From: Macrostomum hystrix
Taxonomy: Eukaryota > Animalia > Platyhelminthes
Length of the DNA stretch: 64,000 nt
Direction of reading: 5' to 3'
Assembly: GCA_950097015.1 (NCBI GenBank)
Contig: CATNEN010000008.1
Coordinates: 2,976,001 to 3,040,000, forward strand
The notes under the pieces were generated by a model. That model saw nothing but the letters and a program-made list of their open reading frames with translations, did not search any database and was not told the origin of the DNA. Shown piece by piece: positions 12,746 to 24,274 of this stretch (position 1 is the first letter of the stretch; the number at the start of each line of letters is the position of its first letter). Position numbers and translations under genes: made by a program.

Positions 12746-13360
12746 TCAAGGCTCTATTCCGCTTCGACGCCAACAACGTCAAACACCAACGCAACGCGAA
12801 GCAACAAAGTAGTTGAATTGTTACAGAGAAATATGCTCCTACCAGAAGGCGCTGTGCGTGACTGCCTTGCTGTGAAAATCTGTGCTGAGTCGCTTGTTGT
12901 TTACGCTTTGCGCAGAAGGTGCAAATCGGCCTTGAAAGCAGTTGATAAAGTGGTTAAATCGAATATACCTGACAATTGTTTTATTGCTCCAAAGATATCG
13001 TCAGTGGTAGGTTGGGAACATTGGATTAGCATGCTTTATGGTTGTTGATTATAGACATTCTGCAATGGCGCTGCCAGCCAATGGGCCGTGTCCGATCCCG
13101 GGGAGAAATCTCTTTCCTCACTCTTCCTTTGCCTGCCTCTCAGATCAGATTCTGTGCAGCTGATGCTGATAATAAACTAAGACCATTCAGTCGGCCCGTA
13201 GGGGCTCCAGGTCGACACGCGGTCAATAGCGCGGTTCGGAAGCACCAGCACCAGTTCAAGGAAACTCTAACAGAGTGGCTGGGCTAAGCTTTCACAGCCA
13301 TGGGCTACCGCACAATGCTCTGCAGCTGCCCGACTGCATTTCTTCTTTCATTTGTTTGAC

Positions 13361-13403
<43 letters not shown>

Positions 13404-14597
13404 TCTGCCAGAGCTATATAGCGGAGGCTGAGGATTCGGAAACCCCGAACTCCCCAACCGACCTTGACAAGAAAAACTTTCACACAGACACACACACACA
13501 CACGCACACACAACTGTCTGGCTTAGAATCCAGCGCAGGTGATTGCGAATGTTAAGGCCATCACAGGCTTATATGGAGGCCTAACCGAAGGTGCCATTGG
13601 GTAAGCAGCCGTAACGGCATGGCACGCCAAGTGAAAACTGTAATGAACCAGGATGCGCACTGGAGAGAAAACTGCACGCAGTGCATGCGGCCGGCAGCTT
13701 GAAAAATGCTTTGCACGGGGTGGGCGAAAAAAAAAGAAATTTAGACCAGCAACATAAATTGCGAAGAGCAAATAAACACACATTGAACATAAAACTTTAG
13801 CCGCAATTTCCACTTCATCAAAAACTATCATACATGCATGGCCTGGATGCATGAGGGACCGCTTATTGAAGAGCATTTGATGGGGAAATATGGATTTTAA
13901 TTTTCAAGAACCACCGTAGCACCGACCAGGCCCGCAACTGCACAGAACCCGGACAGTCTGGCGACTAATTAGTCGCTTTTTTAATCAGTTCGTTTTTTTT
14001 CGGAGTAATAAATAATTGATTCTATTCTGATTTGAGCTGCCAAAACGGAATGCACTCAATGTAGCAACCCCAATCGGAAAATATTGCTGAAGTGAACTGC
14101 CCTATAGATTGGCAATATTATGCAGGTCGCGAATGCCTAATGAGATGAGATTAATTCTCATTGAACGAATTTGATACAGTGACTGAGATAACTAGTATCC
14201 TAGGCAGTTATTGTAGAGTCGTCCTTGGCTGGGTGACATTTTTTATTTATCTTCTCTAAATATACTCATTTTCCATTGTTGTACAAAGTACATTGTACTT
14301 TGCTAAAAGTGTGACGTATCAATCAATTTCTAATGATGGATTTTTAGCTAAATTTACATTTAATAATATTAGTATACAACACTTGAATCCACTTGAATAC
14401 AATACTGTTGTAGACTGAAACTTTAGAATTACTTTGCTGAAATCATTGCATATCTGGAAAGGTCAAGGCGGTAACAAGTTAAAGTTCAATATATAAATTT
14501 AAATATGCTATCCAAATATGCTATCCAAAATAATTCAAGCTCCGCATTGATAATCGGTAAGTACTTTAATAATGTGTCTAGAAGCCGCTCCAAGGCA

Positions 14598-14671
14598 GGC
14601 CGAGTAGCTCAGTTGGTTAGAGCGTCGTGCTGATAACGCGAAGGTCGAGGGTTCGAGCCCCTCCCCGGCCA
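14598..14671 (+). tRNA. tRNA-Ile, anticodon GAT (14632-14634)
   Basis: Cloverleaf: acceptor GGCCGAG/CCCGGCC (one A-C mismatch), D arm GCTC/GAGC, anticodon stem TCGTG/CGCGA with loop CTGATAA, T arm GAGGG-TTCGAGC-CCCTC, discriminator A. A and B boxes intact, no encoded CCA, T5 run at 14677-14681. Confidence 0.93.
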
Positions 14672-17600
14672 GATAATTTTTGTCTGGGAGAATGGGTGCA
14701 GAACTTGTTGTAAAACATTAGTTTTGCTATAATTCATACCCTTTAATAACTATAGTGATTTTTTAATCTTATCTAAAATAGTATTGGGCAAGTTTAACTC
14801 CTCTACTAAAGGTAAACATTCCTAATTGGAAAATCCAAGAAAATCAGATTTTCTAATTTCCAGAAATTCAAATGGAGACTGCTTGCTTGGTGCATCCAGG
14901 ATTAAAAAACTGAGGATGGTTGTTGTATTGTAGCTTGTAGAGTGATGGCGTAGCAGTGCAATTCACGGAAGTCCAGTAAATCTCACAATTAAAACATCTA
15001 TGAAAATATCTGATCCAATCACGGAGATTCAACTGAATAAACATCTTCCAAAAGAATTTTGCACGCCTCCCTTGCGCGTACAAAGCGAACGAATAAAGAA
15101 GATATAGTCATAGCTACATAAAGACTGTGTGCATGCCTACATGTATCGAAAACCTAATTTATACGGTTTGTACTTTTAAATTTTGAATTTTAAGTTTAAA
15201 ATAACAAATTAATCAAAAATTCGTACTATTATAAGACAACGCAAAGGCTTTTAATTAAAATAACCAAATTAAGTTCTAAATATAATCAAACTATACGCAC
15301 GCATATAGTAAGCTTTTTGGTGAGTTATCGGGTATGAAAAGCGCGATGACATAGAAACAACTTAGAAATGTAAAAGTAATGCTTTAGCGAAGTTATTAAG
15401 TTTTCAGTTAGATTTCAGTTTTCAGTTAGATCATATTAAAAACACTTGTTTTTTTATTTCTTTAACATTGGCTAGAAGCTTTTTTACAGCAGTAATCATA
15501 CGAAAACGTACATGTTGCCTTTAACGTTTCTTATTTCTTTAATTGTAGCATTCGTAATACCTACGAGTACATTTTAAAGTTTCTATCTACACTAGAAATT
15601 TTAGTATTACAAAGTTACGCATGCGAATTCTATGTTGCTTCAAATGACACATTTATAAAAAATTATGTAGCATATTGGTTAAACAATAAAACTATGACTT
15701 TTTAAAGACCATGCCTTATTAGCATTCTAGCATTGCTTTCTTTATAATATAGTTTGTATTGCCTTCCTTATATTTAAAATGATTAGGCTCAAATTTATTT
15801 TGAAAATATTTCTTGTTTATTTATTTTTGTAGGGTATGCATAGGTCATTATGAATTTTTTTAATACTAAGCTTAAGTAGTTTGTGCTGTAATGTCATTAC
15901 ATGTCACTCAATTTTTTATTAATGTTTGAAAAAAACAAAGAAAAAAGAATGTTTTTTGTAATATGCTTAAATTATTCTGGGAACATTATGGTAGCAATTT
16001 AAGATTGCTATAGTTTTTCTTCAGATATCCTATAAGTTTGAAATACAGGTTAATCATCAAAATTACAGCTTGCAAGTCAAAGCAAATTGAAGAGTGGGCA
16101 GATTTTCATTGAACACCACTTCACTAAAATAAATTGCTGTCCAAACTGAGCCATGGATAGTGCAATTACTCAACATGAACATTGGGTGAGTTTTTCTCAT
16201 GGTTTGCAAAAATATCTAGCTATTTTATGTTCTATAAAAGAAACTATATACTATGTTTGCATCCAACAGAAGCATGTTTTACATTTTACTGACTTGCTGA
16301 GTTTAATTTATAGACATTTATTTAAACTTATGCATTGAAAATTACTAATTTAAGTTACTTTTGCTAGAATTTATTATTTTTTGCACTCAGAAACCAATTC
16401 GCTTGCTAAAATATTGTAAATGTTGCATTATGCATCTTCTTTCCTTCCTTCTTCTAATTTTTCAGAGTGAGTATGAGTCAATATGCACATACAACAGCAG
16501 AGCACTTTTGTATTGGCTAAATGCACCTATCATCATTTTATGAACATAAATTTATATTTCTGTCTAAAACTAGCTTGCTATTCAATGAATTATTTGGTAA
16601 AATGTTTCTATTCCCTAGTGAAGTCTTTAATTGTTCTAGAAATCTAAAATGACCACAAGACAAATTATAGTGCTATTGTAACTGCTACTACCCTGGTGTA
16701 GCAGTTACAATAGCTTAGTGTCTCCGTAAAAGTTTATGTTGTGTTCTAAATGGCTCTCCTTTTTTGTGCACTACAATGCTTTACCCATTTTAATATGCAA
16801 TTTCACTAATCCCGTTGTTGTACTTGTGTCAGCATATTGAACTTTGACTGATGACGAGTTTATGGACTGTTTATACCCAAGTTAATATGCAAAAATGCAC
16901 ACCACTCTACTGATCGGGTATTCGTTAGTAGTATTTATTTATAGTCACATTTTTGCACGAAATCACATACGTGTTTACTTATTGTAAACTAGGCGTCCAA
17001 AAAGTCCAGATTGACAGTGCGTTTATCGATTTTCTAATTTGAGTTTACATAGGAGTAGGGAAAGAAAATTATCGATTCAGTTTAGTGTTTCCGGATTTGC
17101 ATCGCCGGGGGATGCGCTAAATCAGAGCTTGATCGCTCGGAATGCTCGGTCAATAGTAAAGGTTGGAAGGAGAGAAAGGTAGAGGGAGAGAAGGGGAAGA
17201 GGCGAGGCCGAGAAAGGAAAAGGAGGTGGGAGTGCGGCTGCATCTGTAAAAATCCCCGTGCCTTGAGTTTGATTTCATTCGGCAAAGTAGATTCTGACCA
17301 ATTGCACCCACCTATTGATGGCCCCTGCGCGATCATCAACCACTCCCTTAACCCTCGCCTTCTGAGTACACACAGCGGGCCCTTGTAAAACTCGGGATCG
17401 GAAATCCTAGAAAACTGACAATTATACAAATTTTCTAAGAGTTAGTCTTCTTTAACACACTGTTGCTTAGCCAGTCCGCTGCTCATTTTAAGTCCGCTAA
17501 AAGCAAAGGCTTTCTTGATAGAAGAATAGAAAGCTAGGAATTAATTTCATCTGCTTTAATAATTGGACAGGCACACGCACACGCACACGCACACACCTGA

Positions 17601-18249
17601 GCTCTGTTATAGCATTAGTGCAGGCTGGTTGAAGTGGTGACAGATACCCTCACAAACTCTAAAAAAGCAAGCCCGCGTCTGATTGGCAAGTCTCTCATCC
17701 GAGTGTTCGTTGTTATCATATTCACTGTAAACTGCCTGTGCCCAAACAGTGCTAGAAAGTCTCGGGTGTGCGCGCTTGTCTGCAACGCCAGTGGACAGTC
17801 GGGGACAGTTAGCGAGAGAAAATTAGGCTAGACAAGACAGACAGCTTTCCGTGTATATAAATGGAAGCGTGCTGCGGACTTAGAAGACTTCGAGGTGGCG
17901 AATCAGAAAGCAAAAGGAATTCTCGTCGGCCATCTGACCAGCAGCAGCACCAGCAGCAGCAGCATCAGCATCAGCACCAGCAGCAGAACAGCGCCGTCAT
18001 GGCTTCAATTGGACATGTGAGAAGCTTTAACAGAAATCGAAGAATATCGATTTACAAAGCATTCCACCGACTGCCTCCCGCAAACACCAAGTATTCTTAC
18101 TAACTAGGTGGCGAAGCACTTTACTATCCTTTCCCCAGCTATAGTTGCTCCCGCTGTTTACTCTTGTTGAACGCTATTTACCCTTACCTAACAGATAAAA
18201 CACCTACCTAGGGTAACCCTTGGTAAGGCTAGTAAGTACCTTAGAAGCA

Positions 18250-18660
18250 CCTACCAAACCTACCTGAATACCTACCTACCTACATACCTATCCCATCTGA
18301 ATATATGCCTACCCCTACCTGGTCTACCTATCCACCATTCCTAAACACCTACCTAGTACCTACCCTACCTGAACACTTACCTACCCTACCTGAACAGTTA
18401 CCTACCCTACCTGAACAGTTACCTACCCTACCTGAACACCTACCTACCCTACCTGAACACCTACCTAGCCTACCTTAACACTTACCTACCCTACCTGAAC
18501 ACCTACCTAGTACTTACCCGACCTGAATACCTACCCTACCTAAATACCTACCTGACTGCCTACCCTACCTGAGCACGCCAACACACCAAGCTCTCCTACC
18601 TGCCCTATCAGAACACCCACCCCATACTGTTACTATCCCGCCCTACCTGAGCGCCTGCCT
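18250..18660. repeat. Degenerate CCTA-based repeat (ACCTACCCTACCTGAAC-like)
   Basis: Imperfect tandem periodicity. Confidence 0.75.
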
Positions 18661-19808
18661 TGCCTAGTAAAATAAGCCTATGCACTATTAACATATTAAG
18701 TGAGTTACCTACCTGATTACATCAGGTCCATCTGAGCCCGGCCTTACCCAGCTTACAACATTGGGCTAGTGGACCTGAGACACTCCACCTTCAAGTTAGA
18801 CTAGGCGCGGCTTGAGCTTTGCTAAATCTTTAAGAATCTCTGTATCTATAAAATCCCCAGGTGTCAAGAACTGTTTGCCTGAACGTGAGAAAAACTCTTA
18901 AGCCTTACCCCCCCCCCTGGTTTTAAGGGACTCTATCTCAAGCTCAGAATCCCTTGTAAGCCAGTTTGCTTTATTGAAGCGAGGCAAAAAAGTCAAGCAA
19001 GCAATTTGAGCAGACTACAAGATGCCCTGGCCGAATACTCAAGGGTGGCCTAGGTGTGGGGCTTTGTGAGATCGAAGTTGATGGATTTGAGCACATTTTA
19101 TACGCCTGAATGATTTATTAGATATATTTCACGCTTGGAAACTTAAACTGTTGATTATATTACACATCTTACGTAGCTAGCAGGCTAATAAAGTACTGCT
19201 AGACTGTGAGACAGGGTGGATTGATTGATTGATCGATCGTGAGATAGAAACAAAACTTTCTCGGTACAGAGTAGGCCGACATTCATAGAATAGATGATAC
19301 AAGGTAGGAATTTGTCGATTGGGACATCGAGTTCAGTTCCAGCTCTGATAATGTAAGAGTACTTAGATATGAAGTGGAGAGAATAAAGCGTTCGGGAATA
19401 CCCGGTTCCAGGATTAGGCATGCTCGATTGCTTCCCCAAGTCTCCTCTGCTGTCTACTCAATTTCTCCTGCTGGGCTGCTTTTATACCCTGTCTGTGTCT
19501 GTCAGTTTTCTGCTCATCTGTGAGTCGGTTCAGCGTCACCAATTTTTTATTCATCTTAGCTGACAGAAAACTGACGATAAGCTTAGGAATTTTTTCAATT
19601 ATTGCCGTCTGTACAGCTTCACTCTGGGGGTGCGCTTCCGGGTGATTGGCTGCCAGATTTGGGAGAGGGCAGCCAAGATTCTAAGAAAAGGAGCGACTCA
19701 GTGGGATTTTTATGGCTGTTTAGTTCGCAGACAGATGAATGCATAATAAATCTATCATATTTGCTGATCGGCAGTAAACATTTTTTTGCATTTAGAATTA
19801 AGTAGTCA

Positions 19809-20285
19809 CAGACGAGTGAACAGACGAGTGAATAGACTAGTTAATAGACTAGTGAACAGACGAGTGAACAGACGAGTGAACAGACGAGTGAACAGACGAG
19901 TGAACAGACGAGTGAATAGACGACTGAACAGACGAGTGAACAGACGAGTGAACAGACGAGTGAACAGACGAGTGAACAGACGAGTGAACAGACGAGTGAA
20001 TAGACAAGTGAATAGACGAGTGAATAGACGAGTGAACAGACGAGTGAACAGACAAGTGAACAGACGAGTGAACAGACAAGTGAACAGACGAGTGAACAGA
20101 CAAGTGAACAGACGAGTGAACAGACGAGTGAACAGACAAGTGAACAGACGAGTGAACAGACAAGTGAACAGACGAGTGAACAGACAAGTGAACAGACGAG
20201 TGAACAGACGAGTGAACAGACTAGTTAATAGACGAGTGAACAGACGAGTGAACAGACGAGTGAATAGACGAGTGAACAGACGAGT
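19809..20285. repeat. 12-bp minisatellite (GTGAACAGACGA), about 39 copies
   Basis: Direct periodicity. Confidence 0.95.
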
Positions 20286-21384
20286 TGTCTGACAATTGAG
20301 TATATGAGACTGAGCAAATGCCTTTTAAATATTCTGAGCGAAAAGCTTTTAAAAGTGCATTCAGATACTTGCAACCGGTACCGAGTGTTAGCTTCGAGCT
20401 CCGCTTAGGACATTGTGCGCGCTGCACTTCGGGAAGAGAGGAAACTTTTTTTGCTCCAAAATTATATTTTCCGTCTTCATTTATTCCTCCCTTTGCCTGA
20501 AGTTTCTCTTTTCCTATTCTTATCTGTTCAGATGTACAGGCAGGTATATATATATATTTGCTGCATTTTTGTCGGCATTCCCCTGTACTAATTTGGCCTT
20601 CACTTTCTTTGGTCAATAATCCCAATAATCCCAACCCCAGAACCATGCCATCCACCCGGTCTAGTTTTATCCCTATGCCATATTCTTTCAAATGCCTAGA
20701 GAGTTTTGTTCGCATCTTTTATCAGATTTTTTTTCGCAGGGCAATCATTTCAAGTTCGAATGTGTTTCCCGCAGAATTAAATTTTGCTTTTCATAGAGCA
20801 ACTCGGCAAACGGGGAATCGAGCCGGGTATAGCTGAGCTAGCTATATGCGATTTCTAGTCCTTCGGTGTTTGGGTCTTCAATGAATATTGATGAATTCTG
20901 AAGCCTAGCGACAACCCTCTTCCACAGAAAAGCTGCGGTCCCCGGACCTGGCATTGGTTAGTGGGGTGAAAGTGAATGCTGACCGCCTGGACCAGAAGAA
21001 TAGCTTATAGCTCGTATAACTAGATATTATGTATCTATGTGTGTGAGCGTCTGCGGGCTGGACAGTTTAATCCAGTGGTCTGAAAAGCTATTTGCCCAGG
21101 CCTGGAATTCTCGTGCCTGTTTCTAATTCAACTCTGCTCAGTCGCACACACATTCTAATCTACTTTGCCGCGCTATGCTATCCCCCGCCTTCATCACTGC
21201 GATTTGCCTACTCATCTTTCTCTCCTTTTACTGCTTGGCGGCTTTTAGCCGGCAGAACTCTTGCATGGCACTTTTTTAATATGCCTTCTCACACTCGCGA
21301 CCCGCGGCCACCCAGTACTCTCTTTCTGTCTGGCCACTCACCCAGTCTCACCCTCATTCTCTTACTTACACTCTCGCTCACTCT

Positions 21385-21837
21385 CATCACTCTCTCACTC
21401 CTCGCTCTCTCATCAGTCACTCTCCCACGTGTCACTCTCTCATCAGTCACTCTCCCACGTGTCACTCTCTCATCAGTCACTCTCCCACGTGTCACTCTCT
21501 CAACAGTCACTCTCTCACAAGCCACTTTCTCACTATTCACTCTCTCACTAGTCACTCTCTCACAAGCCTCTCTCTCACTAGTCACTTTTCCATGATAACA
21601 AGGTTTAGTTCCTCACGGGTCACTCTCTCACTAGTCACTTTTCCATGATAACAAGGTTTAGTTCCTCACGGGTCACTCTCTCACTAGTCACTTTTCCATG
21701 ATAACAAGGTTTAGTTCCTCACGGGTCACTCTCTCACTAGTCACTTTTCCATGATAACAAGGTTTAGTTCCTCACGGGTCACTCTCATACTAGTCACTTT
21801 TCCATGATAACAAGGTTTAGTTCCTCACGGGTCACTC
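21385..21837. repeat. Compound array: 27-bp CT-rich units followed by about 5 copies of a 53-bp unit
   Basis: ACAAGGTTTAG recurs at 53-nt spacing (21598, 21651 and onward); 27-bp TCACTCTC-based units precede it. Confidence 0.9.
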
Positions 21838-22082
21838 CCCTCCCTCTCTAACCCTGACCGATCTCTCCTTTGACTCTCATACCAGGGCCTCTCCCTGTAT
21901 CGCAACCTCTCCGACTTTTAATGATGCCTGTTTGGGGGCAGGATTGATACCCTGAGTTCACTCTAATCTACTCTTCCTAACTAGATGTCTTCGCTCTCTC
22001 TCCCAATGGCTTGTGGCACCCTGACGTCTAAGACTCAGTCCCTAGCTTTCGCCGCCCGTCTGAGACTCAGATCCTAAGTTTA

Positions 22083-22114
<32 letters not shown>

Positions 22115-22387
22115 GGATTTTTTTCTTAATAGTGGCGCCCGTTCCCCTTCCTTCGCTTGCCAGGTCATTCATCTCTTTGTCGCCCGTCATGCAGGCTCAC
22201 CATTTATTTTTTGCTTGCGTCTCCCACTTCCTCTGGCTTGCTGCTCCTGCCTCATTTCCTGATCCCCAACTCGCAGCCAGTGAGATCTACGCAACTTCTT
22301 AATCTTACTTTTATGATGCGTCTATTGATTTGGTTTGTTACTAAGCTTATCGTTACTTATTTTGAAATTTCTGCCATATTTAAACGG

Positions 22388-23426
22388 CCATTCTGCCATT
22401 TCCTAATTTGCCAGTTCCATTGAAGTGCCATTTCCTTATTTGCCAGTTCCATCGGAGTGCCATTTCCTAATTTGCCAGTTCCATTGAAGTTCCATTTCCT
22501 AATTTGCCAGTTCCATCGGAGTGCCATTTCCTTATTTGCCAGTTCCATCGGAGTGCCATTTCCTAATTTGCCAGTTCCATCGGAGTGCCATTTCCTAATT
22601 TGCCAGTTCCATTGAAGTTCCATTTCCTAATTTGCCAGTTCCATCGGAGTTACAATTTCTAATTTGCCAGTTCCATCGGAGTTCCATTTCCTAATTTGCC
22701 AGTTCCATCGGAGTTCCATTTCCTAATTTGCCAGTTTCATCGGAGTGCCATTTCCTAATTTGCCAGTTCCGTTTGAGTGCCATTTCCTAATTTGCCAGTT
22801 CCATCGGAGTGCCATTTCCTAATTTGCCAGTTCCATCGGAGTGCCATTTCCTAATTTGCCAGTTCCATCGGAGTTCCATTTCCTAATTTGCCAGTTCCAT
22901 CGGAGTGCCATTTCCTAATTTGCCAGTTCCATCGGAGTGCCATTTCCTAATTTGCCAGTTCCATCGGAGTTCCATTTCCTAATTTGCCAGTTCCATCGGA
23001 GTTCCATTTCCTAATTTGCCAGTTCCATCGGAGTTCCATTTCCTAATTTGCCAGTTCCATCGGAGTGCCATTTCCTAATTTGCCAGTTCCATCGGAGTGC
23101 CATTTCCTAATTAGCCAGTTCCATCGGAGTGCCATTTCCAAATCTGCCAGTTCCATCGGAGTTCCATTTCCTAATCTGCCAGTTCCATCGGAGTTCCATT
23201 TCCTAATTTTCCAGTTCCATCGGAGTGCCATTTCCTAATTTGCCAGTTTCATCGGAGTTCCAATTCCTAATTTGCCAGTTCCATCGGAGTGCCATTTCCT
23301 AATTTGCCAGTTCCATCGGAGTTCCATTTCCTAATTTGCCAGTTCCATCGGAGTTCCATTTCCTAATTTGCCAGTTCCATCGGAGTTCCAATTCCTAATT
23401 TGCCAGTTCCATCGGAGTGCCATTTC
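22388..23426. repeat. 32-bp minisatellite (TTCCTAATTTGCCAGTTCCATCGGAGTGCCAT), about 32 copies
   Basis: Direct periodicity. Confidence 0.95.
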
Positions 23427-24274
23427 CAGAAGAGCTCCATCTGGGGAATTCGAACTTGCGACCTCACTCCACCAGCCAGTTTTCCCCTACGAGCCAGTAT
23501 TCGAGCCCCGAGCTGTTAGCGCCCGCAGTGTTAGCTCCAGCTTCTTCTATGCCAGCTCAAGCGGATAATCGCATTGCAGCCATTCGCCGCTGTCGCTATT
23601 CTCTTCCTCTGCAAGCTCAGAGCCTTTCTCAGACTCATTGGTTCAGTTTCTCTTCGGCAAAACAAGCATTTCCCTCGCTCCCGCCCCCGCCGCCGCCACC
23701 GCCGCCGCCACCGCCCTGCTGCCGCAGGCCCCACTTATGGATTTGGTTGGGTCTTTCGAGTGAGTGAGCGAAAGCTTAGTGAAAGAGGGAGAGTGAGAGA
23801 GAGGCAGAGACTGCGTCCGAAAAGTTTGAGTTTGGTAGTTTTGAGCTGACGGCGCTTGCCGATTCCGTTGCCGCAGCCACTGAAGTAGCGACTGGCGTTT
23901 CTTTACAACTCAAGGCTCGATGTGTAGCTTACCCCTCTCTCTCCCCATCCCAAGTAATTTTATCCCAACCCTTGGATGGACTGGCTCTTCTCCTCTCTCT
24001 GTTGTCCGTCTCCTTCTATTTATTCCTCACCGCGAGAGCGCGGCATTCTCGCGCAGCAAAACTCCTTGCTCTGCTCGTCTCCCACCTCTCCCTCTCGGCC
24101 TCTTATTTCGTCTGTCCTCTGCGTCTCCCTCTGATTCACACAGTCCACCGGGTGCCCCGCCCCCCCAACCTCCGTCTTCGGTGTCAAGTGGGGCGGAGAC
24201 AGGATAAAATGGACGATTAACCTGATCACTTCATCGTCTATTCTGTCTGACGCTCTTGTGAGTCCCCTGTTGCC

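Noticed and set aside
12478-12794. Lys/Arg-rich or Glu-rich protein from the TCT tract
   Set aside because: Low-complexity sequence with stops in the acidic frame and no clear splice boundaries.
17861-18110. Copia-like gag remnant (KWKRAADLEDFEVANQKAKGILVGHL) or a poly-Gln exon
   Set aside because: Only a faint resemblance, interrupted by a CAG tract and stops; needs a profile search.
20221-20715. 164-aa minus-strand ORF as a transposon or host gene fragment
   Set aside because: No motif recognised and its C-terminus is just the 12-bp repeat.
22132-22142. TGGCGCCCG as a tRNA-Lys primer binding site
   Set aside because: Match stops after 9 nt and no LTR or gag is adjacent.
23430-23900. Decayed gag N-terminus on the minus strand (LELA*KKLELTLR) with a PBS-like TGGGGCC
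   Set aside because: Short, stop-interrupted, no LTR pair seen; could equally be PDE2 promoter or 5' UTR sequence.
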